This document shows positions 1 through 10,487 of a stretch of 64,000 bases of DNA, piece by piece; within the stretch, counting starts at the first letter, position 1, and the number at the start of each line of letters is the position of its first letter. Position numbers and translations under genes: made by a program. This DNA comes from an uncultured Actinomycetota bacterium (GTDB taxonomy: Bacteria > Actinomycetota > Actinomycetes > JAHEKZ01). The notes under the pieces are model-generated. The model was given only the letters and a program-made list of their open reading frames with translations, was not told the DNA's origin and did not search any database. The stretch spans positions 128,001 through 192,000 of the forward strand of contig CAVQYR010000001.1 in the NCBI GenBank assembly GCA_963718235.1. Reading direction: 5' to 3'.

Positions 1-1338
1 GTACTGGTCGGTGACCCAGCACTTGGAGGCGAGGTTCGGTGAGGCGGCCATCGTCAGCACGGTCTCGCGCAGCTCGTCGGGTGTGGAGGGGCGGTGGCAC
101 CGCTCCGCGGTGGGCTCGTCGGCCTGTCGGGCGTCCTGGTCGGCAGGGCGGGCGAGGGGTCGCTCGTAGACCGGCCCCTCGTGTGCGACGGTCCGCGGCG
201 GGACGTCGACGATGCGCTCGCCGTGCCAGTCGATGGTCAACCGGCCCCCCTCGACGACCTCGCCGATGACGGTGGCCTCGACGTCCCACTTCTCGCAGAC
301 GTCAAGGAACCCGGCGAGCTGCGCGGGTTGGACGACCGCGCACATGCGCTCCTGCGACTCGCTCATCAGGATCTCCTCGGGCGCGAGCGTGTGGTCACGC
401 AGCGGTACCCGGTCGAGCCACACGTGCATGCCGCCGTCGCCGTTGCTCGCGAGCTCTGACGTCGCGCAGGAGATACCCGCACCACCGAGGTCCTGGATCC
501 CGACGACGAGCTCGCCGGCGAACAGCTCCTGGCAGGCCTCGATCAGCACCTTCTCCGCAAACGGATCGCCGACCTGCACACTCGGGCGCTTGCTCGGGCC
601 ACCCTCGTCGAACGTCTCGGAGGCAAGCACGCTCACCCCACCGATGCCGTCACCTCCCGTGCGGGCGCCGAAGAGAATGACGAGGTTGCCCCGCCCCGAC
701 GCGTGTGCGGTCTGGATCCGCTCGTGCGGCACGACACCGACGCACAGGGCGTTGACCAGCGGGTTGCCCAGGTAGCTGTCGTCGAAGACGACCTCCCCAC
801 CGATGTTCGGCAGACCCAGGCAGTTGCCGTAGCCGCCGATGCCGGCGACGACACCGGGGAGCACCCGAGCGGTGTCGGGCGCGTCGGCCGCACCGAACCG
901 CAACGGGTCCATCACCGCGACCGGTCGGGCGCCCATTGACAGGATGTCGCGCACGATGCCACCCACGCCGGTGGCTGCGCCCTGGTAGGGCTCGACGTAG
1001 GACGGGTGGTTGTGGCTCTCGATCTTGAAGGTCACGGCCAGGCCTTGACCGACGTCGACCACGCCGGCGTTCTCCCCGATCCCGACGAGCAGGATGTCGG
1101 CTGCCTCGGCCGGAGCCTTGTCGCCGAACTGGCGCAGGTGCACCTTGCTCGACTTGTAGGAGCAGTGCTCGCTCCACATGACCGAGTACATCGCGAGCTC
1201 GGCCGACGTCGGCCGCCGACCGAGGATCTCCTTGATCCGGGCGTACTCGTCGCTCTTGAGCCCGAGCTCGGCGTAGGGCTGGACGACGTCGGGTGTCGAC
1301 TCCGCGTGCTTGACCGTGTCGGTGCCATGCAGCGTCAT
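1..1338 (-). CDS. purL: phosphoribosylformylglycinamidine synthase subunit PurL (3' end runs off window)
   Basis: Manual translation from ATG 1338: MTLHGTDTV...[19 protein letters not shown]...ESHNHPS; ATGA overlap with purQ stop; not in ORF track because truncated. Confidence 0.95.
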   Translation of the reverse strand, partial: MTLHGTDTVKHAESTPDVVQPYAELGLKSDEYARIKEILGRRPTSAELAMYSVMWSEHCSYKSSKVHLRQFGDKAPAEAADILLVGIGENAGVVDVGQGLAVTFKIESHNHPSYVEPYQGAATGVGGIVRDILSMGARPVAVMDPLRFGAADAPDTARVLPGVVAGIGGYGNCLGLPNIGGEVVFDDSYLGNPLVNALCVGVVPHERIQTAHASGRGNLVILFGARTGGDGIGGVSVLASETFDEGGPSKRPSVQVGDPFAEKVLIEACQELFAGELVVGIQDLGGAGISCATSELASNGDGGMHVWLDRVPLRDHTLAPEEILMSESQERMCAVVQPAQLAGFLDVCEKWDVEATVIGEVVEGGRLTIDWHGERIVDVPPRTVAHEGPVYERPLARPADQDARQADEPTAERCHRPSTPDELRETVLTMAASPNLASKCWVTDQY

Positions 1339-2012
1339 GCGCTCACCAGCCCGTGCAGGATCGACGTGAAGAAGCCCAACCCGTCGGTGGTCGGGCCGGT
1401 GAGCGACTCGACCGCATGCTCAGGATGTGGCATCAACCCGACCACGTTGCCCCTGGCGTTGGTGATGCCCGCGATGTCGCGGTACGAGCCGTTCGGGTTG
1501 TCGTGCAGGTAGCGCGCCACCACCCGGCCCTCACCCTCGAGCCGGTCGAGCGTCGCTTCGTCGGCGACGTAGCCACCCTCACCGTTCTTCAGCGGGACCA
1601 GGATCTCCTGGCCCCTGTCGTACTGGGTGGTCCACGCGGTGTCCGCGTTCTCGATCCGCAGCCACTGGTCGCGGCAGACGAAACGGCGGACGTCGTTGCG
1701 GATGAGCGCGCCGGGCAGCAGGTGCGACTCGCACAGGATCTGGAACCCGTTGCAGATCCCGAGCACCGGCAGCCCTTCGGCAGCAGCATCGATGACGTTC
1801 TGCATCACGGGCGCGAAACGCGCGATGGCCCCACACCTGAGGTAGTCGCCGTAGGAGAAGCCACCGGGCAGAACAACGGCGTCGACGCCGTGCAGGTCGG
1901 CGTCGCCGTGCCACAGCGCCACCGGCTCGGCGCCGGCCACGCGAACCGCACGCTGGGCGTCTCGGTCGTCGAGCGACCCGGGAAAGGTGACGACACCGAT
2001 CCGTGCCGTCAT
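1335..2012 (-). CDS. purQ: FGAM synthase glutaminase subunit PurQ
   Basis: [34 protein letters not shown] motifs. Confidence 0.97.
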   Translation of the reverse strand: MTARIGVVTFPGSLDDRDAQRAVRVAGAEPVALWHGDADLHGVDAVVLPGGFSYGDYLRCGAIARFAPVMQNVIDAAAEGLPVLGICNGFQILCESHLLPGALIRNDVRRFVCRDQWLRIENADTAWTTQYDRGQEILVPLKNGEGGYVADEATLDRLEGEGRVVARYLHDNPNGSYRDIAGITNARGNVVGLMPHPEHAVESLTGPTTDGLGFFTSILHGLVSA

Positions 2013-2251
2013 CCGGCGTCCTCGATCCGCACCTCGTAGTCCTCGATCACGGTGTTCGCCAGCAAGGTGGCGGCGATCTCCTGCACCGTGGACGCGTCAG
2101 CAGGCCCGTCGAAGTCGATCTCGAAGCGCTTGCCCTGCCGAACGCTGGTGACGCCGCTGACCCCCAGCCGGGCCAGAGCCCCTTGGACGGCCTGACCCTG
2201 GGGGTCGAGGATCTCGGGCTTGAGCATGACGTCGACGACGACGCGAGCCAC
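2009..2251 (-). CDS. purS: FGAM synthase subunit PurS
   Basis: [12 protein letters not shown]...VRQGKRFE...[10 protein letters not shown]; coupled to purQ. Confidence 0.96.
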   Translation of the reverse strand: MARVVVDVMLKPEILDPQGQAVQGALARLGVSGVTSVRQGKRFEIDFDGPADASTVQEIAATLLANTVIEDYEVRIEDAG

Positions 2252-2331
2252 GAAGGTCTCCCTGGTCGAGGGGCTGGATCGTTCGGCGGGAAGGCGCCAC
2301 CAGTCTACTGACGCCTGGCACGATGCCGAGC

Positions 2332-2802
2332 ATGGGCAGCGCGGCGTACGACCGGGTCATGGGCCTGGTCCTCAGCACCACGACCCAGGTCCATCGGGTG
2401 GTCCATGCGGTGTCCGGGGGACGCTGGGCCCGGCGGTTCCCCGGCGGTGCCGTGGTGGTGTGGCTGACCCTTCCCGGACGCCGCTCGGGCCAGCCGAGGA
2501 CCACCCCACTGCTGTCGACCAGGGACGACGCGAGCGGGGCCTGGGTCGTGGCCGGATCCAACGCCGGCCAAGCCAGTGTTCCGGCCTGGGTGCTCAACGC
2601 GCGGGCGACGACGACCGGCCGGCTCGAGGTGGACGGCCAGTCCTTCGCCGTCACGGTGACCGAGGTGACCGACCCGGCGGACCGGGCTGGCTGCTACGCC
2701 CAGCTGGTCGAGGTCTGGCGGTGGTTCGACGGCTACGCGCGCCGGACGGCCGACGTCCGGCAGATCCCGGTCTTCCGCCTCACCCCGAACCCCCCAAGTT
2801 GA
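2332..2802 (+). CDS. deazaflavin (F420)-dependent nitroreductase family protein
   Basis: LTLPGRRSGQPRTTPL, VVAGSNAG..PAWVLN, RQIPVFRL motifs of the Ddn family; start chosen from CACGAT-N7-ATG leaderless pattern. Confidence 0.85.
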   Translation: MGSAAYDRVMGLVLSTTTQVHRVVHAVSGGRWARRFPGGAVVVWLTLPGRRSGQPRTTPLLSTRDDASGAWVVAGSNAGQASVPAWVLNARATTTGRLEVDGQSFAVTVTEVTDPADRAGCYAQLVEVWRWFDGYARRTADVRQIPVFRLTPNPPS

Positions 2803-2863
2803 TCTTGGACTTGATGTGCAGGCTCGACGGCTGTGGACCCCATCTTCTGCATGATCAACTTGG
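2794..2863. repeat. ~70-bp palindromic-ended repeat, family A copy 1
   Basis: CCAAGTTGATC...GATCAACTTGG terminal inverted repeats; internal similarity to copies at 53531 and 54026. Confidence 0.85.
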
Positions 2864-2885
2864 AGGAGGTGCCGGGGGGACGGGA

Positions 2886-3863
2886 TCAGCTGGGTGGGTG
2901 GGCCTGCCAGGCGGTCCAGGCGCTGCTCACCATGTCGGCCAGGTCGAACCGGGCCGACCAGCCCAGCTCGGCGGTGATCTTGTCGGCGGAGGCCACCAGC
3001 TCGGCCGGGTCTCCCGCCCGCCGACCCACCACGTCGACGTCGAACTCCTGTCCGGTCACCTCGCGCACGGCGTCGATGACCTCCTTGACCGACACTCCCT
3101 CGCCGCGCCCGACGTTGAAGACAGCACCGACGTTCGTACCAGCCGGCTTCCGCTCGACCAGGTCGACCGCTGCGACGTGCGCGTCGGCCAGGTCGGTGAC
3201 GTGGATGTAGTCGCGCACGCACGAGCCGTCAGGCGTCGGGTAGTCGTCGCCGAACACCTGCGGGTTCTTGCCCTGGGACAGTGCGCGGAACACCATCGGG
3301 ATCAAGTTGAAGACGCCGGAGTCGCCGAGCTCGGGAGTGGCTGCCCCGGCCACGTTGAAGTACCGCAGCGACACCCAGTCGAGGCCCTGCGCAGCTGCGA
3401 CGTCGTTGAGCAACCACTCACCGACCAGCTTGGTCTCGCCGTACGGGTTCACCGGACGGCAGTGGTACTCCTCGGTCAGCCGATCGACATCGGGCATGCC
3501 GAACGTCGCGGCGGACGACGAGTAGACCATCGTCTTGACCCCTGCGTCGTCCATGGCCTCGAGCAGCGACAGCATCCCGTCGACGTTCTCGCGAAAGTAG
3601 TACAGGGGGCGCTCGACCGACTCGCCAACCGCTTTCTTAGCCGCCGTGTGCACCACCCCGGTGACCGAATGCTCGCGCAGTGCCTTCTCGACCGCCGCCC
3701 GGTCGAGCACCGAGGCCTCGACCAACGGCACGCCCTGCGGGACCTTGCGGGCCTCACCCGTCGACAGGTCGTCGAGGACGACGACCCGGTGCCCCTGCTG
3801 CTGAAGGGACTGCACGATGTGCGCCCCGATGTACCCGGCGCCGCCGGTCACCATCCATGTCAT
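2886..3863 (-). CDS. galE: UDP-glucose 4-epimerase
   Basis: TGGAGYIGAH, YSSSAA, NPYGETK, LRYFNVAGA, DGSCVRDYIHV. Confidence 0.92.
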   Translation of the reverse strand: MTWMVTGGAGYIGAHIVQSLQQQGHRVVVLDDLSTGEARKVPQGVPLVEASVLDRAAVEKALREHSVTGVVHTAAKKAVGESVERPLYYFRENVDGMLSLLEAMDDAGVKTMVYSSSAATFGMPDVDRLTEEYHCRPVNPYGETKLVGEWLLNDVAAAQGLDWVSLRYFNVAGAATPELGDSGVFNLIPMVFRALSQGKNPQVFGDDYPTPDGSCVRDYIHVTDLADAHVAAVDLVERKPAGTNVGAVFNVGRGEGVSVKEVIDAVREVTGQEFDVDVVGRRAGDPAELVASADKITAELGWSARFDLADMVSSAWTAWQAHPPS

Positions 3864-3891
3864 GGACCCAAAGTACCGCCCGGGCAAGGGC

Positions 3892-4317
3892 TCAGACGAC
3901 CAGGGCGTGGTAGTCGTAGCCGGTCAGCCGAAGGGGCACGATACGGAACACGGCGCCCTCGAACGGCGTCTGGGGGTCGCGCCCTTCGTAACGCTGGAGG
4001 ATCCGTCGGTGCAGGGCCTCGACGTCGACTCCTTCGGCCACGGGATCGACCAGCTCGACGGCCTCGCCGCGTACCGACACGTACCTCTCGTGGTCGTTCT
4101 CGGCCATCACGACGGCCGCGACCTGGGGACGGGCGCGCATGTCCTGGGCCTTGGCCGCTGTGCCGTCCGTGGTGAAGAGCAATCCACCCTCGTCGGTCAC
4201 GAACCACACGGGTGCAACCACCGGGCCGCTGTCGCCGCGCAGGGTGGCCAGCACCAGGAAGGCCCGGGTCGAGTCGTCGAACAGGTCCTCGAAACCCTCG
4301 GGCACCTGCACGCTCAT
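3892..4317 (-). CDS. pyridoxamine 5'-phosphate oxidase-like (PPOX class, probably F420-dependent) protein
   Basis: [17 protein letters not shown]...K...RARPQVA...RYVSVRG; ATG 4317 overlaps purC stop. Confidence 0.8.
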   Translation of the reverse strand: MSVQVPEGFEDLFDDSTRAFLVLATLRGDSGPVVAPVWFVTDEGGLLFTTDGTAAKAQDMRARPQVAAVVMAENDHERYVSVRGEAVELVDPVAEGVDVEALHRRILQRYEGRDPQTPFEGAVFRIVPLRLTGYDYHALVV

Positions 4318-5210
4318 CGCACCTGGTCGAAGCGCTCGCCGGTCAGACGCTCGTACGCCTCCACGTACTTGGCCCGAGTCTGCTCGACCACGTCGTCGGG
4401 CAGCGGCGGGGGCGGGTCTCCGGAGTCCCTCGACCAGCCGGACGCCGGCGACGTCAGCCAGTCGCGCACGAACTGCTTGTCGAACGACGGCTGTGTGCGT
4501 CCCGGCTGCCACTCGGCCGCGGGCCAGAACCGTGAGGAGTCCGGCGTCAGCACCTCATCGGCCAGGACCATGGCCCCGGACGCCGGGTCACGCCCGAACT
4601 CCAGCTTCGTGTCCGCCACGATGATCCCGCGCTCGCGCGCCAGCTCGTCGCCACGGGCATAGACCCGAAGGGTGAGCTCGCGCAGCAGCTCGGCGTCGTC
4701 GGCGCCGACAGTCGCCGCCACCGTCTCGTACGAGACGTTCTCGTCGTGCTCTCCGAGCTCGGCCTTGGTGGCGGGAGTGAAGATCGGCTGCGGCAGGCGG
4801 GAGCCGTCCTGCAGGCCCTGAGGCAGCTCGATGCCGCACACGGAACCCACCGCGCGGTAGTCGACCAGCCCCGAGCCGGCCAGGTACCCGCGAGCCACGC
4901 ACTCGACAGGAAGCATCGTGAGCGGTCGCGTAACCATCGCGCGGCCGGCCACCTCCTCCGGCACGTCGGTGGAGACCAGGTGGTTCTCGACGACGTCGGC
5001 GAGCTGGTCGAACCACCAAAGGGAAAGCGCAGTCAGGATACGGCCCTTGTCCGGAATCGTGGTTGGAAGCACCCAGTCGTAGGCGGACATCCGATCGCTG
5101 GCCACGAACAGCAGTCGCCCGTCGGGATAGCGGTAAAGGTCGCGCACCTTGCCCGAGTAGGCGTGGGTCAGCCCTTCGATCACCGGTGCGACCGGGACGT
5201 TGGGGATCAC
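4314..5210 (-). CDS. purC: SAICAR synthetase
   Basis: [47 protein letters not shown]. Confidence 0.97.
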   Translation of the reverse strand: MIPNVPVAPVIEGLTHAYSGKVRDLYRYPDGRLLFVASDRMSAYDWVLPTTIPDKGRILTALSLWWFDQLADVVENHLVSTDVPEEVAGRAMVTRPLTMLPVECVARGYLAGSGLVDYRAVGSVCGIELPQGLQDGSRLPQPIFTPATKAELGEHDENVSYETVAATVGADDAELLRELTLRVYARGDELARERGIIVADTKLEFGRDPASGAMVLADEVLTPDSSRFWPAAEWQPGRTQPSFDKQFVRDWLTSPASGWSRDSGDPPPPLPDDVVEQTRAKYVEAYERLTGERFDQVR

Positions 5211-6637
5211 AGGATCGAGCCAGGCACGTAGGTAGCCGCCTCCGGATGACGCTGCACCACCTCGTCGACCTGCTTCGCGATCGCGGCAACCTGTGCCGTC
5301 GCGGCACCGGTGAAGCTCAGCGGCTCAGCCAAGAGACCGTCGAGCTGGTCTCGCGTGAGACCGAGCCGCTGGTCGGCCGCCAGGCGGTCGAGCAGGTCGT
5401 TGCGCTCGCTCCCCTGCTCGCGCATCTCCAGTGCTACGGCCACGGCGTGCTCCTTGATCACCTCGTGCGCCGTCTCTCGTCCGACTCCGTTGCGCACCGC
5501 AGCCATCAGCACCTTGGTCGTCGCCAGGAACGGTAGGTACCGGTCGAGCTCGCGCCGCACGACCGCCGGGAACACCCCGAACTCGTCGAGCACGGTCAGG
5601 AACGTCTCGAACAGTCCGTCAACCGTGAAGAACGCGTCGGGCAGAGCCACCCGGCGGACGACTGAGCAGGCGACGTCACCCTCGTTCCACTGGTTTCCGG
5701 CGAGCTCTCCGACCATCGACGCATAGCCGCGCAGAAGCACGGTGAAGCCATTCACCCGCTCGCAGGAGCGGGTGTTCATCTTGTGCGGCATCGCGCTGGA
5801 GCCGACCTGACCGGGTGTGAAGCCCTCGGTGACGAGCTCGTTGCCGGCCATCAGCCGAATCGTCGTCGCCAGGGATGACGGTCCGGCCGCAACCTGCACC
5901 AACGCCGTCAGCACGTCGTAGTCGAGCGAACGTGGGTACACCTGCCCGACGCTGGTGAGCACGTGGGCGAACCCGAGGTGAGCGGCGATCCGCTGCTCGA
6001 GCTGGGCCAGCCGCTCTTCGTCTCCGTCGAGCAGGTCGAGCATGTCCTGTCCGGTGCCAACCGGACCCTTGATGCCCCGCGAGGGGTACCGGGCGATCAG
6101 CTCCTCCAGACGCTCGTAGGCAACCAGCAGCTCGTCAGCGGCGCTGGCGAACCGCTTGCCGAGGGTGGTGGCCTGGGCCGCGACGTTGTGCGAGCGCCCG
6201 GCCATGACCAGGTCTGAGTGCCCGACGGCCAGGCTCGCGAGGCGGGCCAGGGTAGCGACCACCTTGTCGCGCGTCATCCGCAGCGAGTGCAGCACCTGCA
6301 GCTGCTCGACGTTCTCGGTCAGGTCGCGGCTCGTCATCCCCTTGTGCACGTGCTCGTGGCCGGCAAGCTCGGAGAACTCCTCGATCCGCGCCTTCACGTC
6401 GTGCCGAGTGACGGCCTCCCGGCGGGCGACGGACTCCAGGTTGACGTCGTCGACAACGACCTCGTAGTCCTCGATCACCCCGTCCGGGATCGGAACGCCG
6501 AGGTCGCGCTGTGCCCGCAGCACCGCCAGCCAGAGCTGTCGCTCCAGAACCACCTTGCGTGCCGGCGACCACAGCGCTGTCATGGCGGCCGAGGCGTAGC
6601 GATGGGCCAGGACGTCGGGGATCAAGGGCTTGCTCAC
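5207..6637 (-). CDS. purB: adenylosuccinate lyase
   Basis: [30 protein letters not shown]; GTG 6637 after GGAGA. Confidence 0.95.
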   Translation of the reverse strand: MSKPLIPDVLAHRYASAAMTALWSPARKVVLERQLWLAVLRAQRDLGVPIPDGVIEDYEVVVDDVNLESVARREAVTRHDVKARIEEFSELAGHEHVHKGMTSRDLTENVEQLQVLHSLRMTRDKVVATLARLASLAVGHSDLVMAGRSHNVAAQATTLGKRFASAADELLVAYERLEELIARYPSRGIKGPVGTGQDMLDLLDGDEERLAQLEQRIAAHLGFAHVLTSVGQVYPRSLDYDVLTALVQVAAGPSSLATTIRLMAGNELVTEGFTPGQVGSSAMPHKMNTRSCERVNGFTVLLRGYASMVGELAGNQWNEGDVACSVVRRVALPDAFFTVDGLFETFLTVLDEFGVFPAVVRRELDRYLPFLATTKVLMAAVRNGVGRETAHEVIKEHAVAVALEMREQGSERNDLLDRLAADQRLGLTRDQLDGLLAEPLSFTGAATAQVAAIAKQVDEVVQRHPEAATYVPGSIL

Positions 6638-6668
6638 CGTGGCATTCTCCCCTATCGCCAGGCGGCCG

Positions 6669-8084
6669 TCAGGTGCGGGCGAGAACCTCGCGAGCTGCGT
6701 GCCACCCACCCATGCCGTGCACACCGCCTCCCGGTGGGGTCGAGGACGAGCACAAGTACAGGCCGGGAACCGGGGTCACCCACGGCGACCGGGTCAGCAC
6801 CGGCCGAGCGATGAACTGCCGCCAGTCGGACGCGCCCCCGGCGATGTCCCCTCCGACCTCGTTGGCGTTGTGCGCCTCCAGGGCCGCGGTGTCCATGGTG
6901 TGGCGGGCCAGGATCCGGTCGCGGAAGCCAGGCGCGAACCGCTCGATCTGCGCCTCGATCCGGTCGGTCATGTCGACTCTCGAACCGTGCGGCACATGGC
7001 AGTACGCCCAGCCGGTGTGCTTGCCCTCGGGCGCCCGCGTCGGGTCCGCCCCCGTCGCCTGGACGAACAGCACGAACGGCCGTTCCGCATGCTTGCCCGC
7101 TGCCGCCAGCCGCTCGCTGGAGGCCACCTCGGCGGCCGTCCCGCAGACGTGGACGGTGCCAGCATCAGCCAGCCGCGAGTCGGTCCAGGGCACGGGGGCG
7201 TCGAGCGCCCAGTCGACCTTGAACACCCCGGGGCCGTAGCGGAAGCCGGCCAGCCGGTCGCGGTAGCGCGTCGGAAGAACGTCACCGGCGACGTCGACGA
7301 CCTGCCTGGGGGTCAGGTCCAAGACGATGCTGGACGACGGCGGCAGCTCACTCAGGGAGGCGACGCGACGGTCGGTCTCGATCTCACCGCCCAGGGAACG
7401 AAGTCTCGCGACGAGCGCATCGGCGATGCTCTGGGAGCCGCCGACAGCGACCGGCCAGCCGACCACGTGCGCCAGGGCGCCGAGAAGCAACCCGAACCCA
7501 GCCGTGGTGAGCGAGGTGAGCGACAGCATCGAGTGCGCGGCGAGGCCCGAGAACAGCGCGCGCGCCGGCGGCTCGCGAAACGCCACCTTGTCGACCCAAC
7601 CCGACGGCCAGGCACCCACCGCACCGTAGGCGGCAAGAGCCAGTGGAGCCTTGGGTGGGAACTCCAGCGGTGAGAGCAGCCCGTCGACCAGCGGTTCGCC
7701 GAGCCCGGCCACACCCCCGACGATGCGTCGCCACGCGGCGCCGTCGCGGCCAAGACCGGCTGCGGTCTCGGCTACATCGCGCCACAGGAGTGCGGTGGTC
7801 TGCTGGTCGACCGGGTGTCCGAGCGGAACACCCGGCTGGGCGAAGGCCAGGCCCTCGCGGGACAGGTCGAGCGTGCGAAACGCCGGAGAGGCCATAGCCA
7901 ACGGGTGCACCGAGGAACAGACGTCGTGGCGAAAGCCGGGGAGGGTCAGCTCCTCGGTACGGACCCCACCGCCGACCTGCGAGGCGGCCTCGAGCACCAG
8001 CACCCTCTGACCGGCCTCGGCCAGCCGGACGGCGGCCACCAGCCCGTTGGGACCGGAGCCGACCACGATGGTGTCCGGGTTCAT
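6669..8084 (-). CDS. phytoene desaturase-like FAD-dependent oxidoreductase
   Basis: VVGSGPNGLVAA, LPGFRHDVCS, GLYLCSSSTPPGGGVHGMGG. Confidence 0.88.
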   Translation of the reverse strand: MNPDTIVVGSGPNGLVAAVRLAEAGQRVLVLEAASQVGGGVRTEELTLPGFRHDVCSSVHPLAMASPAFRTLDLSREGLAFAQPGVPLGHPVDQQTTALLWRDVAETAAGLGRDGAAWRRIVGGVAGLGEPLVDGLLSPLEFPPKAPLALAAYGAVGAWPSGWVDKVAFREPPARALFSGLAAHSMLSLTSLTTAGFGLLLGALAHVVGWPVAVGGSQSIADALVARLRSLGGEIETDRRVASLSELPPSSSIVLDLTPRQVVDVAGDVLPTRYRDRLAGFRYGPGVFKVDWALDAPVPWTDSRLADAGTVHVCGTAAEVASSERLAAAGKHAERPFVLFVQATGADPTRAPEGKHTGWAYCHVPHGSRVDMTDRIEAQIERFAPGFRDRILARHTMDTAALEAHNANEVGGDIAGGASDWRQFIARPVLTRSPWVTPVPGLYLCSSSTPPGGGVHGMGGWHAAREVLART

Positions 8085-8133
8085 GCGCCCAGCCTGCCGG
8101 TCGGTCGCCCCCGCCTCGGCGCTGGGGGGTCAC

Positions 8134-9306
8134 TCATCGGGCACGCAGCCACAAGGAGGTGTGCTCGGGCACCACCGTCGTCTCGACCACCTGCAGCAAG
8201 TCCTTGGTCACGACGTCGGGATCGACCTCGTCGCGCAGCCGGCTCGCGAACGCGTCCACGGTGTGCTCGGCGTCGTAGCGGGCCCGGTTGAACCGGTGGT
8301 CGACGGCGGACCGCACCCGCGAGAGCAGCGGCCGGAAGAGCGCCGCTGCGCACAGTGTGGCTGCGGCAACCGCCAGGGCACCGGACTCAGGCAGCAGCTG
8401 CGGAACAGTCCAGACGACAACCACGTAGACCAGCAGAAGAATCCCCGTCACGAGCACGTAGGAGGTCGTACGACTGATGATCCGGTCGATCTCGTAGAGG
8501 CGGAAGCGCAGGATCGCCACACCGACCGCCGCAGGAAGCAGCGACAGCGCCACCGCCCAGCCCAACGTCCCCAGCAACGTCGTGTCGGCCAACCAAGGAA
8601 GGGTAAGCAGAACGAGCATGATGGCCAGGAGGGCCACCGCAAAGGCCACCCAGCGGAACTGCACCTTCTCCACTCCGCGTGCGCGGCGGGCCCTGACTAC
8701 CACCGACGTAGCGGCAAGGACGGCAGTGACCGCAACTCCCAGCAGTGCGAGGTTCCGCAGCAGCCAGTCATCGGACGGACCGGCATCGGCCAGGAATCCC
8801 GGCGCGAGCGGGTTGGCGACCGTCATCGCTGGGGTCTGGAACTGCAGCACCGGCGACACGATCCCGCAGAGGGCGGCGAAGCCGGCGAAGACCACAGTCG
8901 CCACTCCCACCCATCGCCAGCGAACGGAAGCGAAGCCAGAGGGGAACACCAGAAGCGGCAAGGTCGTGCTCATCACGAGCAGCAGCGGCCAGATCCAGTT
9001 GGTCATCCAGGCCCCCGTCCAGCCCCACCACGACGTCAGGTTGCCGGTCTCCACCGCCCGCGCGACGGCGAAGTCAGCGAGCCCGAACAGTCCGAACAGA
9101 CCCCAGGAGCCCAGGAAGAGCCAGCCCTCGGCGTTCTCCGGACGGCGAGTCGTGAGCAGCCACCCAACCGTCGCGAACGTCAGGTACGGCAACAGGTAGA
9201 GGAGCTGAGCACTCCACGGCTTGGCCAGTCCGAGGGCCACACCGAGCAACCCCACCACGATCAACACCCACCGCAGCGCGGTCAGCCAACGTTCGCTCAG
9301 CTTCAC
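8134..9306 (-). CDS. multi-TM sensor-like membrane protein, array copy 8 (last transcribed)
   Basis: RRPEN.EGW, FPSG...RWR, V.NP, GVEKVQFRW, AILRFRLYEIDRIISRT, VDHRFNRARYDA...RLRDEVD...SLWL; GTGA overlap with upstream copy. Confidence 0.85.
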   Translation of the reverse strand: MKLSERWLTALRWVLIVVGLLGVALGLAKPWSAQLLYLLPYLTFATVGWLLTTRRPENAEGWLFLGSWGLFGLFGLADFAVARAVETGNLTSWWGWTGAWMTNWIWPLLLVMSTTLPLLVFPSGFASVRWRWVGVATVVFAGFAALCGIVSPVLQFQTPAMTVANPLAPGFLADAGPSDDWLLRNLALLGVAVTAVLAATSVVVRARRARGVEKVQFRWVAFAVALLAIMLVLLTLPWLADTTLLGTLGWAVALSLLPAAVGVAILRFRLYEIDRIISRTTSYVLVTGILLLVYVVVVWTVPQLLPESGALAVAAATLCAAALFRPLLSRVRSAVDHRFNRARYDAEHTVDAFASRLRDEVDPDVVTKDLLQVVETTVVPEHTSLWLRAR

Positions 9307-10487
9307 GAAGGTCCCCCCAACCACAGGTAGGTCCGGTTCGGCGCGACTGTCCGATCGACGACCTGCAGCAACTCCGTGGACACCCGCTCCGGATCGACTT
9401 CGTCGCGCAGCCGGTTGGCGAACGTCTCCACCGCCCGGTCGGCGTCATAGCGCGACCGGTTGAACCGATGATCGACGGCAGACCTGACCCGGGAGAGCAG
9501 TGGTCGGAACGCCGCGGCCGCTGCCAGGGTGGCAGCCGCCACTGCGAGTCCGTCGCTGGCCGCAGGCAGTGCCTGACTCACGGCGGCCACCACGACCACG
9601 TACACGACCACGACCAGACCGGTCACGACCGCGTAGGACGTCGTGCGGCTGATGATCCGGTCGATCTCGTACAGCCGGTACCGAAGGATCGCGATGCCGC
9701 ACGAGACCGGAACCAGGGTGACTACGACCGCGAACGCCACGTCGCCGAGCCGCGAGTCGCTGAACGCCGGGAACAACGCCTCCAGCACAAGCTCTGCGGG
9801 CAGCAGCGAGACGGCGAAGGCGAACCAGCGCATCTGCTGACGCTCGATGCCGACGGCACGTCGGCTCCTCACGAAGGCCGAGACCACCGCCGCGAGCCCG
9901 CACAACAGGAACACCAGTCCGACCAGAGCGAACGCCGTCGAGCTCTCGACGTCGCCCGCGTCGGCCATGAAGCCTGGCGACCACGGGTTGGCTACCGTTC
10001 GCTCGGGGGTGCAGTCACCAGAGGTGTCCCCGAGGCACAGGGTGGGCTGGAGGATCGACATCACCACCACGCCGACGGTCGAGGCAACGGCCAGCCACAG
10101 CACCGGACGCCAGCGTGGAGAAGGAAGTCCGGACGGGTACAGCAGCACGGTGAACGTTGTCATGAGAGCGAGCAGCGGGTACCAGTACCAGGAAGCGACG
10201 CCCGCGCCGGCGATCGCCCACCCGGACGGCGACGAGTCGTCAACGCCGGTCGACGCTGCCACCTCTGCCATGGAGCCGAGGCCCGTGAGGCCGCCCACGC
10301 CGAGGAACACCCAGCCGATCGGGTTCTCCGGGCGACGGGATGCCACCACAGCTCCGACCACCGTGTACGCGAGAACGGGCAGGAGGACCGCCTGGTTGTT
10401 GGCCTCCAGGCCGGAGGCGAGTCTGAGACCCGTGCCCACAGCGAAACTGGCGAGGAGCGTCCACCACAGGATCCGGTGACGGTTCAT
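9303..10487 (-). CDS. multi-TM sensor-like membrane protein, array copy 7
   Basis: Same motif set (RRPENPIGW, YPSGLPSPRWRP, GIERQQMRW, ILRYRLYEID, RYDADRAVETFANRLRDEVD...YLWL); ATGA overlap. Confidence 0.87.
   Translation of the reverse strand: MNRHRILWWTLLASFAVGTGLRLASGLEANNQAVLLPVLAYTVVGAVVASRRPENPIGWVFLGVGGLTGLGSMAEVAASTGVDDSSPSGWAIAGAGVASWYWYPLLALMTTFTVLLYPSGLPSPRWRPVLWLAVASTVGVVVMSILQPTLCLGDTSGDCTPERTVANPWSPGFMADAGDVESSTAFALVGLVFLLCGLAAVVSAFVRSRRAVGIERQQMRWFAFAVSLLPAELVLEALFPAFSDSRLGDVAFAVVVTLVPVSCGIAILRYRLYEIDRIISRTTSYAVVTGLVVVVYVVVVAAVSQALPAASDGLAVAAATLAAAAAFRPLLSRVRSAVDHRFNRSRYDADRAVETFANRLRDEVDPERVSTELLQVVDRTVAPNRTYLWLGGPS

Noticed and set aside
2220-4175. Long alternative ORFs such as 2220-4175, 25377-27377, 50974-53190 and 51666-53969
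   Set aside because: Stop-poor shadow frames typical of very high GC DNA, overlapping well-supported genes and lacking motifs.
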